64,000 nucleotides of DNA. It comes from Camelus ferus (taxonomy: Eukaryota). The position numbers and the translations under genes were made by a program. Below the pieces are notes generated by a model, which worked only from the letters and a program-made list of their open reading frames with translations, made no database searches and had not been told where the DNA came from. This document shows positions 50,226 to 62,588 of this stretch, in pieces (the first letter of the stretch is position 1; each line of letters opens with the position of its first letter). The stretch is from positions 35,714,001 through 35,778,000 of the forward strand of contig NC_045697.1 in NCBI RefSeq assembly GCF_009834535.1. The letters run 5' to 3'.

Positions 50226-51869
50226 ACTCATGGAGGTCCTGCTCTGTGCAAGGCATAATCTCAGTCCTAGAGGAACTTAAATTTCAGGTGTAGAGTCAAA
50301 GCACAGTAACAAAACAAACTGTAGAGAAAACAAGAGCAGTATTTATTCAGCAAAATTTATCAGGTGTTTAGGAGCCTGGCAATTTACAAGCAAAATATCA
50401 GGCTGTTAAAATTGGACTCTTCTTGTCTCAATTTACCTGAGGTGTCAAGATACAGAAGCCACATTCCAAAGTGAGGTGTGAGACCACCAGGCAGGACTTG
50501 CAACGAGAGGTTGCAGAAAACTGGGATAGCCCTTCACTGACCACTAATCTCCAGCCTTTGAAGCTAAGGAAAGAGTTGGAGGTGTGAGAAAGGTGGTCAG
50601 AGAGAACTATTGGTGGGGGACCACCCTCCAGGAAGTAGCAGTGGGGGCAGGGGGTACTTCCTCTTAAACAAAAGTTAAAAGGGAGGGGCTCTGAGATAAG
50701 TTAACATGGGACCCTGCAGTTGGGGACCAGTAGATTAGATTCTGGTTAACGCCTGGGGAATCTAAAAGGTGGGAGGGGAGCAGCTGGTCTGTTGGAGGGC
50801 TTTCTCTGCAGGACCTCGCCTCCTTTTCTGCCAAAGGGTGTTTCCTCTCTCCTGCTCGCCTTTCATTGGCACTTTTCAGCCAAGGGCCTCAATGTGATTA
50901 ATCGTTGAACTCCTTGATGCCCTGGAGAGGTCATTATCCCTAATGTCCAGCTGGACAAACAAAGGAGGTTGGCTGCGTTGACCTAGATCACACAGGGGGC
51001 AGGTTTGGGAGGAGAAATGGGCTGTATCCTCTGCAGCCAGAACGGGAACTTTGGGCAGGTCCCCCCGGGAGGAGTCCCAGTTCCTGGGCCAGAACGTTGA
51101 GTGTGCCTCCTGCAAGTGCAGAAGTTTGTGGGGCACTTCATAAGTGTCAGGGTGTGTGAGCTTGAGAGCAGCTGTGTGAGGAAATCTGAGGGAGGGAAAA
51201 TTTTTCTAAAATATCCTGTTTCCAATTTGCACCTGATTGGCGAGAGGAAGAAATTTGTGCTGCTTTAATTGGCAAGGGAAATGTACGCCCAAGAGACTAG
51301 GATTTCCTGGCTTTATTTTAAATTTTCAATTAAAAGATATATGTAATTTTTGAATGAGTGCTTACACACCTTAGCTTGCAAGCTTTTGGCAGCAACAAAC
51401 TGTGTCCCCAGAGTTCTCTAGAAAAGCTGCCCTATGCTTAATAACTATAAAACAATTCAAATAAGCAGTGAACTAGCATGGGAGTGGAGTGGGGGTAGGT
51501 GGAAACAGAGATAAATATAATACAGTCCCTTTCTCCAGAAGCGTACAACCTAAATATTGATAAATACAGAATTCTAATTTACTTAGGGTTAGATTCTAAA
51601 ATCAGTGAGTAAATAGAAAATCTCACTTAATCAAAATTACCCTTGAAACATTCTTTGACTTGTCTATCAAGGGTTGCATACACGAGTTGTGCATATAAAT
51701 TGTGCAATAATTCTTATACCCTTTAAATTTTAAAGACTGTAGGAGTCATAGTGTGAGGAACAAAAGAGGTTGTGTAGTTTGAACATTCAGACTTGCCTAC
51801 CTGTAAGACAGTTATCCAAGACCTAGCTGTGATGGGGAGGTGGGCTGTAATATCATACAGTGGATCTTC

Positions 51870-52070
51870 TTAGATTCTCTGCATAACAAACATAATCAAA
51901 ACTCAGTGGCTTAAAATAGCAATCATTTTCCTCATGGGGCTGCTGATCAGTTGAGTGTCAGCTCTCTGGGCTGGGCTGGGACAGCTCAGCTTTGCTCCAC
52001 AGTGTCTTCACCCTTCCCCTGAGACCAGTGACCTAGCCTGGGCATGTCTTTTTCATGGCAGAGGCTCAAA
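51870..52070 (-). mobile_element. MLT1 (I/J-like) LTR fragment
   Basis: GCATAACAAAC...CAAAACTCAGTGGCTTAAAATAGCAATCATT. Confidence 0.7.
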
Positions 52071-52117
52071 ATCACAAGACTTTACAGTGATAGGAATAGA
52101 GAGGATAGTAGCAGAAA

Positions 52118-52667
52118 TGAGACAGGAAGGAAGGGGACAAGGCACAACTGTTAAAAGAATGAGGAATAGGGACACAGTTGTTGAGAAAAACAGGATACCA
52201 CAAAACCCAGCTGGAACCACCTGAAACCAAGATGGCGTCAAGCATGGTCCAGTCATTGACCCCTATCTAACTCATTATACCTTCATTATAATACTAAAAA
52301 AAAGGGGGGGGGCCTTGTCCCATGACAGTTCTGAAGACGACCATAAAAGGCCAAAAAGTGGGTGGTGGCCCAACTCCTAGAAATGTACACCCTTTCCCAG
52401 AATAGCAAGAATATTCCTCCCACTCATTAGCGTATGAAATTACCCAGCCCATAAAAACTAACAACCTCACATCGTGGGGCCCTCCCACTTTCTGAGACCG
52501 TCTACATGCTGTCTATGGAGTGCGTATCTCCCTGAATAAATCTACTTTCACTCTACTTAAGCTCCCTCTTGAATTCTTTCCTGCATGAAGCCAAAGACCC
52601 TAACTTGGTGGGCCATCCCAGGGACTCTGACGCATCCCGAGATGTAATATTTCCTTCTCCTGTATCA
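52118..52667 (+). mobile_element. MER41-like ERV1 solo LTR
   Basis: TGAGACAGG...TATCA termini, perfect TSD GAAA/GAAA; MER41-type blocks (AACCAAGATGGCG, CTCATTATAC, CCATGACAGTT, GCTGTCTATGGAGT, AATAAA, TTGAATTCTTTCCTG). Confidence 0.88.
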
Positions 52668-54524
52668 GAAAGAGCCATTAGTTATAACAACAATAAGTAA
52701 ATTTACCTCTAGTGTGCAATTGCCTAAAAGTCAAGGTGCTTTTCTCTCTCAGCATTGGATCCCTATGCTTGTCTCACCTTGCTCTTGGTAAGCACTCAAT
52801 AAATCGTTTTTGACTGATGAGTGTTAATTACATTGGCCCTCCAAGGACACGATTCATGTTGGTCCTGAGGGCCAGGTGGAATAACATGCTGGTGCCATCT
52901 GGCCAAGCTGGGATAGGAGCACCAGCCTGATTAGCAGGAAGCTTGGATCTCAAAGGAACTTGTGGTTCTTGAGACATTTTTTGAGAAATTTAATCTTGTG
53001 AGCTCATTGAGGCCAGAGACATCTCATAATTATCATAATATCTTTCCAGAGACTAGCAAGATGTCACAGGGGAGCCAGATCTTTACTTCTGTACTTCACC
53101 ATAACCCTGTGTGATTAGTGCCATATTTTCATGAAGAATGGGACCCTTGGAGAGCAAGAGCATTCAGGTTAATTCCCCCATGGGGACGTGGCTATAAAGG
53201 GAGCTATTTGAGAAGCTTTCAGAGAAAAGGTGAAGGCTTCCTCTTCTTTTCTTGGTGAAAGGCAAGTCCTTTGTTTGTTTGTGTTCTACAAAAACACCTG
53301 TAGCTTTGATCTCAAATTACTTCTATACACAGAAAATGAGCGCTTTAAAAATCTTCAACAAGGGAACAGAGGGCTAGTCTGTGCTGTGTGTAAAGTATAG
53401 TATGTCTCCTGAGACTATGCGCCGGAGCTCTGTTCCTGCAAGGCTTCCTATCAAAACAGCGCAAACTGACATCAGGCAGCATCTTATGTCAGGACTGAGG
53501 GGAAGTGGAAGCAGTTTCACTGTGCTTACCTCATGCTGTTGGGAAACACAGTCTGGCTTTCAGAGCCTCACTTTCCTTTTCTATTAAATGATTGCAGATA
53601 GTCGTGTGCTTGACAAGGTTGACAAAGCAGGAGATTGGTTCCCAGGGAGAAACTTGACATTGATGGATGGGCCTTAGAGTGTGGGAGTCATTCCCCAAGT
53701 CACCATATTTCATAGAGAAACTAAGAGTTGAACAAAACCTCCAGGTCTGTAGAATTTAGATAGAATTTAAATAAGGAAGGGAAGATACCTCGGGGAATGA
53801 AATAGTTAGAATAAAAGGACTCAAATGGTGAAAATGAGTAGATAAGGGAGGGGCAAGGACTTAACAAGTCACTAGTGGGAATTCATTAAAGGTTTTTGAG
53901 AAGAGGAGGCTATAAGTTCTATAGGAAACCCAAACTCTGTGTGCTTTTGTCATCGTTTTCCCAATATTTGGCACATTACAATGCATGAATGAAAATAGAT
54001 AGGTAGATAGATGGATAAATAACAGATAGATAAATAGATGAGAGATAAATACGTAGACATATATACCTTATATACACTCATATACGTATAAGTGTATAAA
54101 TATAGTTCAGATTTTTAAATTATATAAGTAGTACATGAATTGATTTTTATAAAAAAGTCAAACAATGAAGAAGCGTACTTAAAAAGTGGAAGCTCTCCTT
54201 CACTAACCCCCCAATTCCAATCTCTTCTTCAGAATTAATTGTGACTATGAATTTAGTATGTGACCTCCAAGATAGCTTTATATGCAATTACAAAAATACC
54301 TTTCTTTATATCAACACTTTTGTTTCAATAATTTTTATAATGGTGTTCTACTGTACATATTGTATAGTGATATTCCTCGCTTACATAATATGTCTTGAAT
54401 CTTTTAATTTTAACATATATGTAAAGCTGTCTGATTCTTTTTAGTTTCTGCATAGTATCCCATTATATGGAAGGCTGATAATTTATAATAACTTACCAAT
54501 TATCTGATATCAACACAACATCAC

Positions 54525-54930
54525 CACTACCCTTTCTGGAGACTACATTTCCCAGAATCCTCTCGCCAAATGGTTCCATGTTGGGATTTACTGATAAGAA
54601 ACACTCATACCAGTTTGAAAGCCAGCCTAGAAGGAGAGGCCATTAAGCCTGGAGGCAGCTGCAGCCAAAGGAGGACCTTGTGCACTTTGTCGTGGTTTCA
54701 GGGAATGAGCCTTTGAAAACCAGCCACTTCACTGCTACAGAAGAAGGCAGTGGCCGGGAGCTTCCTGGGGGTTCTTGACTCCTGGGAGCCACCTGCTTCA
54801 GGGATGCAGGCTGAGATGATCAGGGTAGCTCCCTCAGCCCTTCCAACAATTCTGGAATCCTATTCTTCCTTGCATTAAAACCCTCCTTGCCTGGAAGACA
54901 TGAGGTGATTTGTTTTCCTGATTGAAATCT
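54525..54930. mobile_element. Old ERVL LTR (LTR33/LTR16-like)
   Basis: GACTACATTTCCCAGAATCC...GAAGGAGAGGCCATT. Confidence 0.45.
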
Positions 54931-55971
54931 AATTTTTAAAAATTACGAGGTTTTTTTTCTGTGTCTATATTCATTTAATATTATATTATGGGCCCTATCT
55001 CAAGTCAATAAACATTCCTTGGCAACATACTTTAATGAACATATCATAACTAATTGTATGCATTTAAATGATTGATTTAAACCATTCCTCTATTGTTGGG
55101 CATTTAGGGTAATTTCACAGTATAGGTTATTAACATGTTTGTCATAACATATATGTCATGGCAAACATCTCAGTATGTATATCTGACTCTCTCTTTTGAA
55201 GCTATAGAGACTGGCAGGGTTTCAGTCTGAACAATAGAATTAGGAGAGACACTGAACGGTGAAAGGAAAGACAGAAGACGAGATCCTGTTTAGGAATACT
55301 GAGTTTAAGCTGCTGAAAAAAATACCCAGATGTGCTCACCTAGCTGCTGTTAGATGTGAGGGACTAGCATCCAGGAGCCAGATCAGGGTTGACGATGAGG
55401 TTATCACAGTCGAGAGAGTTGAGTCCAATGTCAATCAATAAAATGCCCTCTGTAAATCTAATAGAGAAACAAAAGCAATAGAATTGACAAGGGACAAGTC
55501 CGAGGCCGGAGGGTGAGGTCTAGAATCGTATCTATTTACCACCTTAAGTAAAAAGTACTTACTTAAATAGCTCTCTTCAAATACTACTGTGGTCTCCCAT
55601 CTAACATTCCAATTCAGAATGCTTACATAAACTCCATCCCTTGACAACTGTGTCTCTTTAAATTAGCCAAGGGACTGACTAGATTACATAGAATGTGAAA
55701 TGTAACTCACTCTGCACTTGATTCATTCAAATTACTGCTTAAATCATGTTGAAAGCAGTAAATTTATTTGTAATCTACATCTTTCATTCACTCATTAAAT
55801 GAAACTTTTCTCTTTCTAAGCAGAGAATACTATGCCAGAGTGTCCAAGGAGGTTGTCCATCCTTAAGATGTTTGAACCTCACTTAAAAGATCACATCAGA
55901 ATCATTTAGTCCTTTAGCCAACCATAAACATGTGTGTGTGTATACATGCGTGCTGTATGCTCTAAAATTCT

Positions 55972-56433
55972 TTTTTTTAAATGAAGCATGATTGATTTAT
56001 AAACTATATTATTTTCAGATGTACAACATAGTGATTCTCTATTTTTTGTGTATTATACTCCATTAAAGGTTATTACAAGAAAATGGCTATAATTTCCTAT
56101 GCTATACAGTATATCCTTGTTGCGTATCTATTTTATATGTAATAGTTTGTATCTCTTGATCCCATGCCCCTAAGATGTCCCTCCCCTTTCCCTTTCCCCT
56201 CTGGTAACTACTAGTTTCTTTCCTATGTCTGTGAGTCTGTTTATGTTTTGTTACTTACATTTATTTGTATTATTTTTCAGATTCTACATATAAGTAGTAT
56301 CATACAGTATTTGTGTTTCTCTGATTTATTTCACTAAGCATAATACTCTCTAAGTCCATCCACGTTGCTGCAAATTACAGGATTTCATTATTTTATATGG
56401 CTGAGTAGTATACCATTATATATATAATATACC

Positions 56434-56468
<35 letters not shown>

Positions 56469-57040
56469 TATATATTGTATATATATATACAAAGATGTGG
56501 TGTATATATATACCACATCTTCTTTATCCATTCACCTGTTGATGGACATTTGGGTTGCTTCCACATTTTGGCAATTATAAATAATACTTCTATAAACATT
56601 GGGATGCATTTATCTTTTTGAATTAGTGTTTTTGGTTTTTTTGGGTTTTTTTAGATATATACTCAGGAGTGGGATTGCTGGATCATATAGTAGTCCTATT
56701 TTTAGATTTTTGAGGAACCGCCATACTGTTTTCCACAGTGGCTGCACCAATTTACATTCCCACCAACAGAATTCTCTATATCCTTGCCAGCATTTGTTAT
56801 TTGTACACTTTTTGATGATAGCCATTCTGACAGGTGTGAGGCAATGTCTCATTGCTGTTTTGATTTGCATTTCTCTAATAATTAGCAATGTTGAGCATCT
56901 TTTCATATGCCTGTTGGCCATCTGTATGCTTTCTTTGGAAAAATGTCTATTCAGATCTTCTGCCTATTTTTGGATTGGGCTGTTTTTTAAATATTGAGTT
57001 GCAGGAACTGTTTATATATTTTGGATATTAACCCCTCAAA
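55972..57040 (-). mobile_element. Cetartiodactyl-type L1 3' portion with expanded (TA)n
   Basis: ORF2 C-terminus ([21 protein letters not shown]...[17 protein letters not shown]); TSD GCTCTAAAATTCT (55959) / GCTCTTAAATTCT (57041). Confidence 0.95.
56416..56490. repeat. Interrupted (TA)n microsatellite
   Basis: About 75 bp of TA repeats within the L1. Confidence 0.95.
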
Positions 57041-57100
57041 GCTCTTAAATTCTCTTAAATTTAGAAAGAAATGCTGTTGAGGTGAATTCTAAATGCTGGG

Positions 57101-57488
57101 TGTATTAGGTTGCTAGGGCTACCGTGACAAAGTACCACAACAGAAGTTTATCATCTCACAGTTCCAGAGGCTGGCAGTCTGAAATCAGGGTTGGTGTCCT
57201 CTGAGAGCTGAGAGAGAAGGATCTGTTCCAGGTTTCTCTCCTTGGTTTTTAGGTAAACATCTTCTCCCTGTGTCTCTCCACATCGTCTTTCTTCTATGCG
57301 TATTTGTCTCAGCATTCAAATTCCCCTTTTTATAAGGACACCAGTTGTACTGGATTAGGATTTACCTTAATGACCTCATTTTAATGTGATTAACTCTGGA
57401 AAGACCTTATCTCCAAATAAGGTCATATTCTGAAATACTCAGGGTTAGGACTTCTTTTTTAGAAGGACACACAATTGAATCAGCAACA
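57101..57488 (-). mobile_element. MLT1B-like solo LTR
   Basis: TGTATTAG...CAACA termini, 5-bp TSD CTGGG/CTGGA, TATAAGGACACCAG, CCAAATAAGGTCATATTCTGA. Confidence 0.9.
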
Positions 57489-58189
57489 CTGGACTACCTC
57501 AGATGATATGTAAAGCATTATCTGAGAAATCATTCTTTTAGTTGCTTTGAATTATTTGGAGGAAGTCAGACCATTAAAGGGCATGAACTACATTATTCTG
57601 GCCAGTTGTAGCCTGGCTTTTATAAACATATCTCATACATTATCAGGCATTTTGTTTATTGGATATTTTTTCATAAAAAATGCTAATCCAGTTTAGCTAA
57701 TGAAAGAAGTAAGATGGATAGGAAGGCTACCTTCTCACCGTGCACCTCCCCTCCACCATGCACACACACTTTAATAGATGAATTCTGGCTATACCAGAAA
57801 TTAACCAGGGTGATTTGAGCTTTGCTAGTTGTAAACTAGTTTTTTTCAGTGAACTGTTAAGTCTTACCACTTTCCAGACAGAGAAAGCTGCACTTCAAAG
57901 TTGGACATTTAATTCAGATTGTCACTTCAAAGTGACTGGTGGAGATGCTGCCTTCTTCAGACTGACTTTGAAGAACATATCCTTTGGAATATGGAAGCTA
58001 GGGGAACTACTGAAATAAAAGGTGGGGTTCAACATGAAACTTGTAGAAGTGCATTGACATCTGTGAATTATTGCAGCTACTCTGAAGGAGGTTATCTCTA
58101 CGCCAAGTCCAGGAGGTGATAATGTTCCTTGATTAATTTATTCTGGTTCCAAATTTTACTTCAATGTCTATTGTGTTTCTCCCAAAGAG

Positions 58190-58286
58190 CCTCTTGCAAA
58201 GACCCCTTTTCCAAATAAAAATCATATTCACAGGTTTCAAGTGGATATATCATTTGAGGGTGACGTCACCATTCAACCTACCACAT
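58190..58286 (-). mobile_element. MLT1 LTR 5' fragment
   Basis: Reverse strand TGTGGTAGGTTGAATGGTG...CCTGTGAATATG...TATTTGGAAAAGGGGTCTTTGCA. Confidence 0.7.
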
Positions 58287-59349
58287 AGGGATGTGAGGAA
58301 GAAGAGGCAATCACTGGAAGTGGGATTCAGAAAGGAGTGCAGGAGCGTGCCAAGGATCAGATTTGCCCTCTGTAACTTTGCCTTGGAGTCTGAAGCAGCT
58401 GATGCACCCTCTCAAACTGCTGCTCAAGGTTACTGACGCCTTTGTTTGGTGACCAGAAGTAGTAACGCAGCCTCATCTCAGGGCTGCTGACTCATCTAGT
58501 TTTCTTAGCATGAGGCTCCATTATCATTGTTGGCTCAAAGTGTATAAAGTTTTATCAGGACAAAGCACAAACTTGTTATTCTCTCTGGGAGAATCCACGT
58601 ATCGAAGGCCACAATCTATGCCCCATATTACAGGTCAGTGGAACTCAACTCAACTTTCCCAAGCCTCTCAGGGAGGGAAAGTGGGGAAACCTCGCTGCTT
58701 TGGAAATGTGCCTTGTGCTTTGTAATTTAAAATAATGAGTACCTTCTTTTTCCCAATGGTTTTAGATATTAGTGAATACAGTTTATGTGTTTGAATCCAC
58801 ACTTGCTTTATTTTGGTCTGAGCTTTTTCCCAGACTATATTATCACATGAATCAAGAACATAGCTACACCCTTCCCAGTGTGAGGGCTCCTTTCTTAACT
58901 GTAGACCAAGGTATCAACTGACTTCAGGTTTTGCTTACCATGTTACTTTCAAATATTTCTGTTTGTGCCTCAGATTTACAATGGAACTCAAGAGGGCAGT
59001 GGGAAAATGAAAAATAAGTAAGGGGAAATATTTTTATGGATTGAAAAGAGAGCACCCCAAAGCAGCCTGGGCTGGGGTCCTTCAAGACTTTGCCCCTAGG
59101 GTGGGTTCATTGATAATAGGGAAGCAGCCTGATAAGAAATGAACAAGTTTTATCTATAACATTTCATTTATTTTTTAAAAAAAGATTGGAGACAAATGTG
59201 AGCAAACAAAAATGACTAATTTTGCATAGCAGAAAGGTGGGTCTTAAGTTCTCTTCTTCATTTTAAAAATTTCTGTTTAGAAAAAGGGAAAGAAAGTTTC
59301 TTAAGGAAAAAGAAGAACATGATGTTTAGCATTCAAAATCTTTGGTTCT

Positions 59350-59530
59350 TACTGTAGAGCACAGGGAAATACATTCAATTTCTTATAATAAGCTATAATT
59401 GAAAAGAATCTGGAAATATGTGTATATATGTATATGTATAACTTAATCGTTTGCTGTACACTTGAAACTAACACAATGTTGTAAATCAACTACACTTCAA
59501 TAAAAAATAAAATTAAAGTCCAAAAAAAGA
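59350..59530 (+). mobile_element. L1 3' tail inserted in a MIR
   Basis: TACTGTAGAGCACAGGGAA...TGTTGTAAATCAACTACACTTCAATAAAA; TSD about CTTTGGTTCT/CTTTGGTCCT. Confidence 0.88.
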
Positions 59531-61914
59531 AGACTTTGGTCCTGCCCTTGCCTTACCCTCTCCTGGCTTTGTGTAAATGAAATTCTCTAAGCCTCATTTT
59601 CTGTGTCTGTAAAATGGTGGTAAGTTCTGCCTTTTAGGACGTGGTGGATATTAAGTGAGGAAATGGATGCAGAGTGTCCAGCATTGATGGGTCACACCAC
59701 ATATGGCGACCATATGGCTACTTTGTGATTCCCCAAAGTGTGTCTATGGGACATTAATATCATAAGAGGTCCCTAAGTAAAGGATTCCAAGGTCAAAAAA
59801 GTTTGGGAAACTCTACATATTACATTTCCTTCTTGGGGACTCGGAGTGACATTAGGATATTAACAACACCGAGAATTTTTGCAGTAAAGAAATCTGTTTT
59901 GTTTCTCTTTGGGTTTTTTCCCCCTTTTTTTCATTTAAATGGGTGTTTTCCAGATTTTGAGCTTGAAACGCTGGCTTATGGTATCCTTGACTGAAAAGGA
60001 TGAGGGAGACAACACTGGGAGGTCCTGAACTTTGTGAGAAATGGCTGCGCTTCTGTTCCTCGAAGAACTTGGTGCAGAGGGTAGGGGTGCGAATGGTGAG
60101 GACGCTCTTCTCTCCCCTGGAACCTGGCGAATTGTAGAGGGGGCGGTCACTCAAAGTTGCGCCTGACCTGGAGGTCACCTAGAAGATCGTTGAAGTCTAC
60201 TGGTAAGTACCATTAACTGGTTGAAAAGCTAAACCTGGTATCTTTACAGTGGGAAAATTATGAAGATCCCACAAAACAAACTAAAAACACATTTTAGTGA
60301 CTTTGTATTTCTAGCTACTAATAATTACTCCACAGGCAAGAATCAGCTTCAACTAAAAGCACATGTTTTGTGCCCTGTTTTATAGGGAAGAGACTGTCAG
60401 TAACAACTCCACCACTAATCCTGTTGGCAGATAGTCACTCAGCGTGAAAAGGACAAATATAGATGGGTGTCATGCTTGGAGCTCATTTTTATGACCTGTC
60501 TGAGCACTTAAGAGTTTTACCAGGAGGGGGATACATCCTCCCTGCTCTGGGTTACATGTCTGAGGAGGAAAGATGGGCTGAAAGGAGCCTGGGTTGTTAC
60601 TGGCAGTGGGTCCCACGCCATCAGCAGGGTGTGACTAGGAGGATGCAGACAGAGCTTCAGAATCCACGACAACATGTCTCCAAATAGGATGAACAGCCCA
60701 AGAGAGAAGCAACACGCCCAGCGGTCTAGGCAGGAGCAGAGTGATGCAAAAATTGTCTCCTTTCCAGAGAGGAAGCCTCTCTGCCCTGTGTTTTGAGCCC
60801 ATGCATTAGTCTTTTCTAAACACGGAAGGGTCGAGAGAGAGGCGGGGTGGAGGGAGCCCCTTACTAGGAGTGGAAACTAGGGTCAGGTCACTATCCTCCC
60901 TGAGACTTGATTTCCTGATCTGCAAAGCAGAGATATTAGTAATTGTATCTCCCTTGTGGGGTTGCCGTGCTGTAGCATGGCACCTGGCTTCCCGGAGGAG
61001 TCCTGGTAATGTTGCGTATAATTTAGACTGTGACAGGAGAGAATTTAACTCACTGGTCCCCGTCATATGCTGGCCACATTTATCCTGCTTTTCCCAAGAG
61101 GCACCTGTGTCCCAGCAGGCGCTTGGCTGAAGCACGTTCATTGTAATTGAATCTAAGTTCTGGTCATGCTGTATAAAGATTAATTGATATGCAGAGACTC
61201 TGAAACAAGCTTTGGGAATCGAACATCTGGTTTGGAAGGCAGCCTTGTAGGCCAGCCCCCTGTAGACCCGGGTAGGAGAGGAAAACAGGAAGTTTTATTC
61301 ATCTTACTTTCTTCGTTTTTCAAGTTACAGTCTCCAGCTGTTTACATCAACTTTGTTTTTCCCAAAGAAAAGAGAGAGAGAGCGCGCGCGACTAGAAAGG
61401 ATTGTAAGTTACAATCTTTCCATGAAGCAGCCCTTTGTGGAAAATCAGGGTTATTCTCTAACTAGGCTAGCTCAACTTCTATTTTTCTCTTCTCCTCCCA
61501 AAGCAAATATTGTTCCCCTGGCCTCTTTTCAGGCCTAGGAGGAGCGAAAAGAGGTTTAAGGAGAAGGTAAGGAGGAGGCAGAATGAAATAGGGGGGAAAA
61601 AACCCTGGAGAGGAGGAAAGAAAGAGAAAGAGTTCATGCCCCTGAAATTGCAGATGTTTCCATAACCGTAGGCTCTGCCGCAGGAATGGGTGCATGAATA
61701 TGAATGTGGCTGGGCACCGCAGATGTGGGCAGGCGTCCTCGGAGCTGAAAAGAGCAAGGGCAAACAAGCCCTCATGGTTTAAGCTAAGGACCATTGTCAG
61801 TGTTTCTTGAAAATAAATGATACCTCAGTGTTTTGCCCCAAAATTACCCAAACATAGAACAAACACTTAATGTGGCGTTTCCTAATCTGGCCGTTGTTCA
61901 TGGATCTTCACCGT

Positions 61915-62100
61915 CTAGAGTAAGGGAGAAGCCAGTGGTCTCTGGTCCTAGACTACAGGAGCTCAAACCCCAGCTGGGCTACTGACTTGAGAGCTAGGTG
62001 ACCTTGGACCAGGCACTTACCTGTCTGGATCACAGGACCTTCATTGACAAAATGGGGATAATGATAATGACGATGGTAACAAATGTTATCTATTATTGTC
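61915..62100 (+). mobile_element. MIR
   Basis: GTGACCTTGGACCAGGCACTTACCTGTCT...AAAATGGGGATAATGATA. Confidence 0.75.
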
Positions 62101-62387
62101 CTAGCCCGTTCTAATTCAAGTAATTAATCCCATGTCACAGTGGCATATCTTGTCCCTTGATAGTATTTGCTACTTGCAGGAACTGTTCTGAACACTTTAC
62201 ACATAAGAAGCGCTCACCGCACACATCATTTCATCTTACACCAACCCTGGGAGGCAGGGGTCCTTTCATCAGCTCCCAAACCATTGGTGAGAAAACTGAC
62301 ACACAAAGAGATTGTCACCTGCTTAATTCCACACGTCTGATAAATGGTTTCGCTGTCCATAAATCCAGGTAGCTTAGCTTTAAAAAG

Positions 62388-62555
62388 AGGTCTGCAAACC
62401 AGGGCGTGCCACTGTTTTTGCAAATAAAGTTTTAGTGGACCATGGCAATGCCCATTAATTTCTGTATTATCTATGAGTGCTTTCACACTACAATGGCAAA
62501 CCTGAGAATACTAATTATCTGGCTCTTTTACGGTAACAATTTGCTGACCTCTGAT
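62388..62555. mobile_element. MER58-like MITE
   Basis: TGTTTTTGCAAATAAAGTTTTAGTGG...TATCTGGCTCTTTTAC...TTTGCTGACCTCTG. Confidence 0.8.
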
Positions 62556-62588
62556 CTAGAGTCTAGCTACACTCTTAACTATTAAGGT

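Noticed and set aside
52595..52607. 13-nt match to part of miR-125b (AGACCCTAACTTG)
   Set aside because: Inside the LTR U5, lacks the seed and any precursor hairpin; coincidental.
55259..55441. 60-aa natural-looking ORF
   Set aside because: The underlying DNA resembles decayed L2 and has no splice support.
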